59,552 bases of DNA, taken from the NCBI GenBank assembly GCA_034722055.1, contig JAYENL010000093.1, positions 29,622 through 89,173 of the forward strand. The letters run 5' to 3'. A program made the translations under genes and the position numbers. Below the pieces are notes generated by a model. It ran no database searches. It saw only the letters and a list, made by a program, of their open reading frames with translations, and was not told the DNA's origin. This stretch comes from Armatimonadota bacterium (GTDB taxonomy: Bacteria; Armatimonadota; Zipacnadia; Zipacnadales; UBA5352). Below, piece by piece: positions 56,507 to 59,552 of this stretch (position 1 is its first letter; every line of letters starts with the position of its first letter).

Positions 56507-59131
56507 CTATCGCACGCGGACGCGTTCGGGCGGCACGTTCAGCATCAGGCCGCGCTTGGGGATGGTCCGGAGCAGCTCACTCCCCTTGGGCACCGCCTCA
56601 TCGAGCTTCTTCGCCAGGCGCGAGCGGTGTGAGTAGATCTGCGCCGGCTCCACGAAGCTCTCCTCCCCCCACATGCCCTCGTAGATCGCCTCGTAGGCCA
56701 CGCATCGCTGCGGGCTCCGAGCCAGCACGCGCAGCAGCTTGAACTCCGCCGGCCGCAGCTCGACGGCCTCGTCGCCCACCAGGACGCGGTCCGGCCGCTC
56801 GCCGTCGATGATCAGCAGTTGGCCCGTGGGCCGTTCGCTCGCGGACCCACTGGCGGGCTGAGGCGGCCCACCGGACGGTTCCGGCCGCCGCCCCTCGCGG
56901 GGATCGATGGGGACTCCGCAGGCCACGGCCAGCGCCCGCGTCCCCAGCCCTGGCCCAAGCAGCCGCTGGAGCACGTCCAGGTCTGCGTTCGCCAGGGCCT
57001 CCCGGGTGCAGATGCCGGCGTCCAGCAGCGACAGGATGCGGCCTCGTCCGAGCCCCGGGATGTGCAGCCCGTGCAGCGCCAGCCCCTGCTCAGGCACGCC
57101 CGCGGCCACGCTCTGGCCCAGGCGCAGGACCGCTCCCCACTGGTCGCGGGGCCACCCCAGCTCGCGCCCGATGCGTCCCACCACCTCCACCGCCCACCCC
57201 ACCGCCTCCGCCAGCGTCGCCAGCCGACCGGCCGGGATGCGCACGGCGCGCTCGACCTCGATCGTCGGCCCCCAGCCGCGCCACTGCTGCATGGCGATGA
57301 CGATGCGGGCGGCCCGCTCCCGGCGCCGCGCGGAGGCTGAGTCCGGCGCCACCCTCGCGGCGCTTGCCAGGAGCCGCTCCACCTCCCACAGGTCATCGCA
57401 GGGAGCTGACGGCTCGGCCAGCTCATCTGACAGCGCCGCGGCCCAGCCCGGCGGCGGCAGAGGCACCGCCTGTGCCTCGTCGGTGAGCGCCGCCACCAGC
57501 AGCAGCTCCAGCTCCTCCGGCGCCACGCCGTCCGCCGCCTCGGCCGCGCGCACCAGCCCCAGGAAGCTGCGCGGCGTCAGGCCGCTGGTGCCGCACAGCC
57601 GCCCCCGGACCGTGGGCCGCCAGCCGCCCTCTGCGGTCTCCTCGACCAGGCCATGCAGCGCAGCGGCGTCCAGCGCCTCGCGCAGCTCGCTCGGCAGCAC
57701 GCCCGGAGGCAGGCCCGTCTCGCGGGCCGACAGGGTTCGCCCCCAGGCCTCCTCGATTCCACCGGGGGAGGCGGCGGCCGCGGAGCCGCTCAGGACACAC
57801 ACCTGCTGCAGGGGCGAGAGGCCCGAGAGCCGCGAGGCCAGCGGCGGGAAATCGTCGTCCACGTAGGTCGCGAAGAGCACGTGCCGCTGGACCTCCCCGT
57901 CGGCGAGCAGCACCGCCCGGCCCATCTCATCGCCGCAGCCCAGGCGGCCGGCGCGGCCGGCCATGTTCTCGAAGTCCGCTCGGCTGATGGCGCCAAGGGT
58001 GGGCTTGCCTCGCGGCCCGCCGGAGCGCCACCTGCGAGGATCGACGATCACGTTCCGCGCCGGCAGGTTCACCCCCATGGCGAGGGTGGAGGTGCAGACA
58101 AGCACCGACAGCTCACAGCGGGCGAAGGCCGCCTCCACCACCTCTCGCTCGTCGAACTGCAGGTCGGCGTTGTGGAAGGCCACCCCGGACTGCGCCAGCT
58201 CCCCCAACGACCGAGTCGCCTGCGTCTCCTCCAGCCGCTGGAGCTGTGCCACGGCGTCCTCAGCAGCCGGCAGGTCGGCCTCCCGTGCGATGGCGCGCGC
58301 CATCAGGACCGTGGAGCGCTTGTCGCGGACGAAGACCAGCACCGAGCCGTCGCGCTCGCCGAGCCAGGCCGCCACCTGGGCCATGCGCTCCCCCAGGTCC
58401 TCCGGGCCATCTGCCAGCTCCGGCCAGTCCTCCACGCCCTCCGCACCGTCATTGTGCTGGCGGAAGTGATACTCGCCATCCAGCAGCACGCCCTTGCGCA
58501 GCTCCACCGGCCGGCGGTCGTCGCGCACCAGCTCAGCATTGAGCCAGCCTGCGACCTCCTCCGCGCGCCCCAGCACCGCCGAGAGGCCCACGAGCTGCAG
58601 GTCGCTGCCCTCGGCGACGAGATCGCCCAGCAGCAGCTCCAGGCCGGGACCCCGCTCCGGGTCGCCCAGCACCTGCAGCTCATCGGCCACCACGGCTCCC
58701 AGGCTGCCCGCCAGCGCCGGACGCTCGGCCAGCAGCGCTCGCATCTTCTCCGGCACCGCCACCGCCAGGTCGAACTCCCCGCGGGCGATCTCCTCCTGCT
58801 GGTTGCGGCGGTCGCGGGTGGCGACCGTGATGCGAAGCCCCAGCGGCGCGTAGCTGGCGGTGAACTCGTGGAACCTCGCCTCCGCCAGGGCTTTCGTGGG
58901 GACGAGGTAGAGGACTCTGCGACCAGAAAGCGCAGCATGTACCGCCGCCATCTCGCCGATGAAGGTCTTCCCGGAGCTGGTGGGTGCGGAGACCAGCAGG
59001 CTCTCGCCGGCCAGCACCCCTGCGCCCACCGCGCGCTCCTGCACCGGCAGCAGCTCCGGCCCGTAGGTTCGCTCCCATGCGTCCAGTACGGCGGAAGGCA
59101 CGCCATGTGCCTCAAGTGATCTCATCAGCAT
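56507..59131 (-). CDS. Ski2/Hel308-like SF2 helicase fused to a C-terminal OmpR-type winged-helix domain
   Basis: Q-motif LLPVQ, APTSSGKT, DELQ, GLSA, FHNADL, TSTLAMGVNLPA, MAGRAGR, HhH IPGLGRGR; C-terminal LRPAEFKLL..L...MWG...HRSRL.KKL...RTIPKRGL. Confidence 0.88.
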   Translation of the reverse strand: MLMRSLEAHGVPSAVLDAWERTYGPELLPVQERAVGAGVLAGESLLVSAPTSSGKTFIGEMAAVHAALSGRRVLYLVPTKALAEARFHEFTASYAPLGLRITVATRDRRNQQEEIARGEFDLAVAVPEKMRALLAERPALAGSLGAVVADELQVLGDPERGPGLELLLGDLVAEGSDLQLVGLSAVLGRAEEVAGWLNAELVRDDRRPVELRKGVLLDGEYHFRQHNDGAEGVEDWPELADGPEDLGERMAQVAAWLGERDGSVLVFVRDKRSTVLMARAIAREADLPAAEDAVAQLQRLEETQATRSLGELAQSGVAFHNADLQFDEREVVEAAFARCELSVLVCTSTLAMGVNLPARNVIVDPRRWRSGGPRGKPTLGAISRADFENMAGRAGRLGCGDEMGRAVLLADGEVQRHVLFATYVDDDFPPLASRLSGLSPLQQVCVLSGSAAAASPGGIEEAWGRTLSARETGLPPGVLPSELREALDAAALHGLVEETAEGGWRPTVRGRLCGTSGLTPRSFLGLVRAAEAADGVAPEELELLLVAALTDEAQAVPLPPPGWAAALSDELAEPSAPCDDLWEVERLLASAARVAPDSASARRRERAARIVIAMQQWRGWGPTIEVERAVRIPAGRLATLAEAVGWAVEVVGRIGRELGWPRDQWGAVLRLGQSVAAGVPEQGLALHGLHIPGLGRGRILSLLDAGICTREALANADLDVLQRLLGPGLGTRALAVACGVPIDPREGRRPEPSGGPPQPASGSASERPTGQLLIIDGERPDRVLVGDEAVELRPAEFKLLRVLARSPQRCVAYEAIYEGMWGEESFVEPAQIYSHRSRLAKKLDEAVPKGSELLRTIPKRGLMLNVPPERVRVR

Positions 59132-59166
59132 TGCACTTCACCCCTCCGTGTGCCGACGGCCCTTGC

Positions 59167-59195
59167 AGTATATCGAACACGCGTTCGCAAGTCAA
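59167..59195 (-). promoter_or_regulatory. Sigma70 promoter for the helicase with embedded LexA (Cheo-type) SOS box
   Basis: Minus strand: TTGACT (59195-90), 17-bp spacer, TATACT (59172-67). The spacer contains CGAACACGCGTTCG (59174-87). Confidence 0.85.
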
Positions 59196-59329
59196 GGCGG
59201 AATGCCTTCAGCGTGGCGCGGCGCAGCCGGTACGCGGAGGTCTGTCCTCGGATTGCCGCCTCCAGGCAGGCCTGCTCGGAGGCGCTTGTGGGCCTCTGGC
59301 CCCAGCCCACAGAGACCCCTCTGTCGTGG

Positions 59330-59552
59330 CGCAGGCGGGCCGACCTCGTCCGGGCCTTCGGCCCGTCCTCGTGCGGCCCCTCCACGTACGAACTCGCATG
59401 CGTAGTTGCCGTCGCCGTCGGAGGGGCCGCATGAGCGCCACAGGCGCGAGGCCGGCCCAACACGCCGCAGGCGGGCCGACCTCGTCCGGGCCTCCGGCCC
59501 GTCCTCGTGCGGCCCCTCCATGTACGAACTCGCATGCGTAGTTGCCGTCGCC
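59330..59552. repeat. Tandem ~136-bp repeat of GGAGGGGC-type REP-like units (runs off the window end)
   Basis: gcaggcgggccgacctcgtccgggcc...gtagttgccgtcgcc starts at 59331 and again at 59467. Confidence 0.85.

Noticed and set aside
56507..59131. Hachiman-type or other defence system
   Set aside because: No partner gene (e.g. HamA-like) is adjacent in the window, and the LexA-box promoter fits DNA repair better.

Overview
GC-rich bacterial chromosomal window, mostly + strand housekeeping and envelope genes. LpxC (diderm/lipid A), AddAB and a Gram-positive-type LexA box occur together, which suggests a diderm Terrabacteria lineage such as Armatimonadota (inference only). Order of content: two membrane-anchored HEAT-repeat genes; NIF3; a beta-propeller glycosidase; addBA; a TPR lipoprotein; a GAF histidine kinase; Fe-ADH; lpxC; aldo/keto reductases; a yceD-rpmF-plsX-fabH-[acyl-CoA dehydrogenase-etfB-Fd/etfA]-fabD-fabG-acp-acpP-fabF-rnc cluster; exported glycosidase-like proteins; alr-thrB-M20; an aminotransferase; lysE-hisG; TPR and regulator genes; and a Hel308/Ski2-like helicase. 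Three candidates for undescribed biology stand out. (1) A Bcd/Etf-type, possibly electron-bifurcating, module is inserted in the FAS-II cluster, which has two ACPs but no fabI/K/L/V. (2) A Hel308-like helicase is fused to an OmpR-type winged helix, and its near-consensus promoter has a perfect LexA (Cheo) box between -35 and -10. (3) A 415-bp Tn5/IS50-like MITE after rnc carries a densely structured RNA-like cargo. Intergenic regions hold several REP-like palindrome families and heptamer arrays, including a 1.6-kb higher-order tandem array. No CRISPR array, rRNA or tRNA was seen. All calls come from reading motifs by eye; no searches were run.
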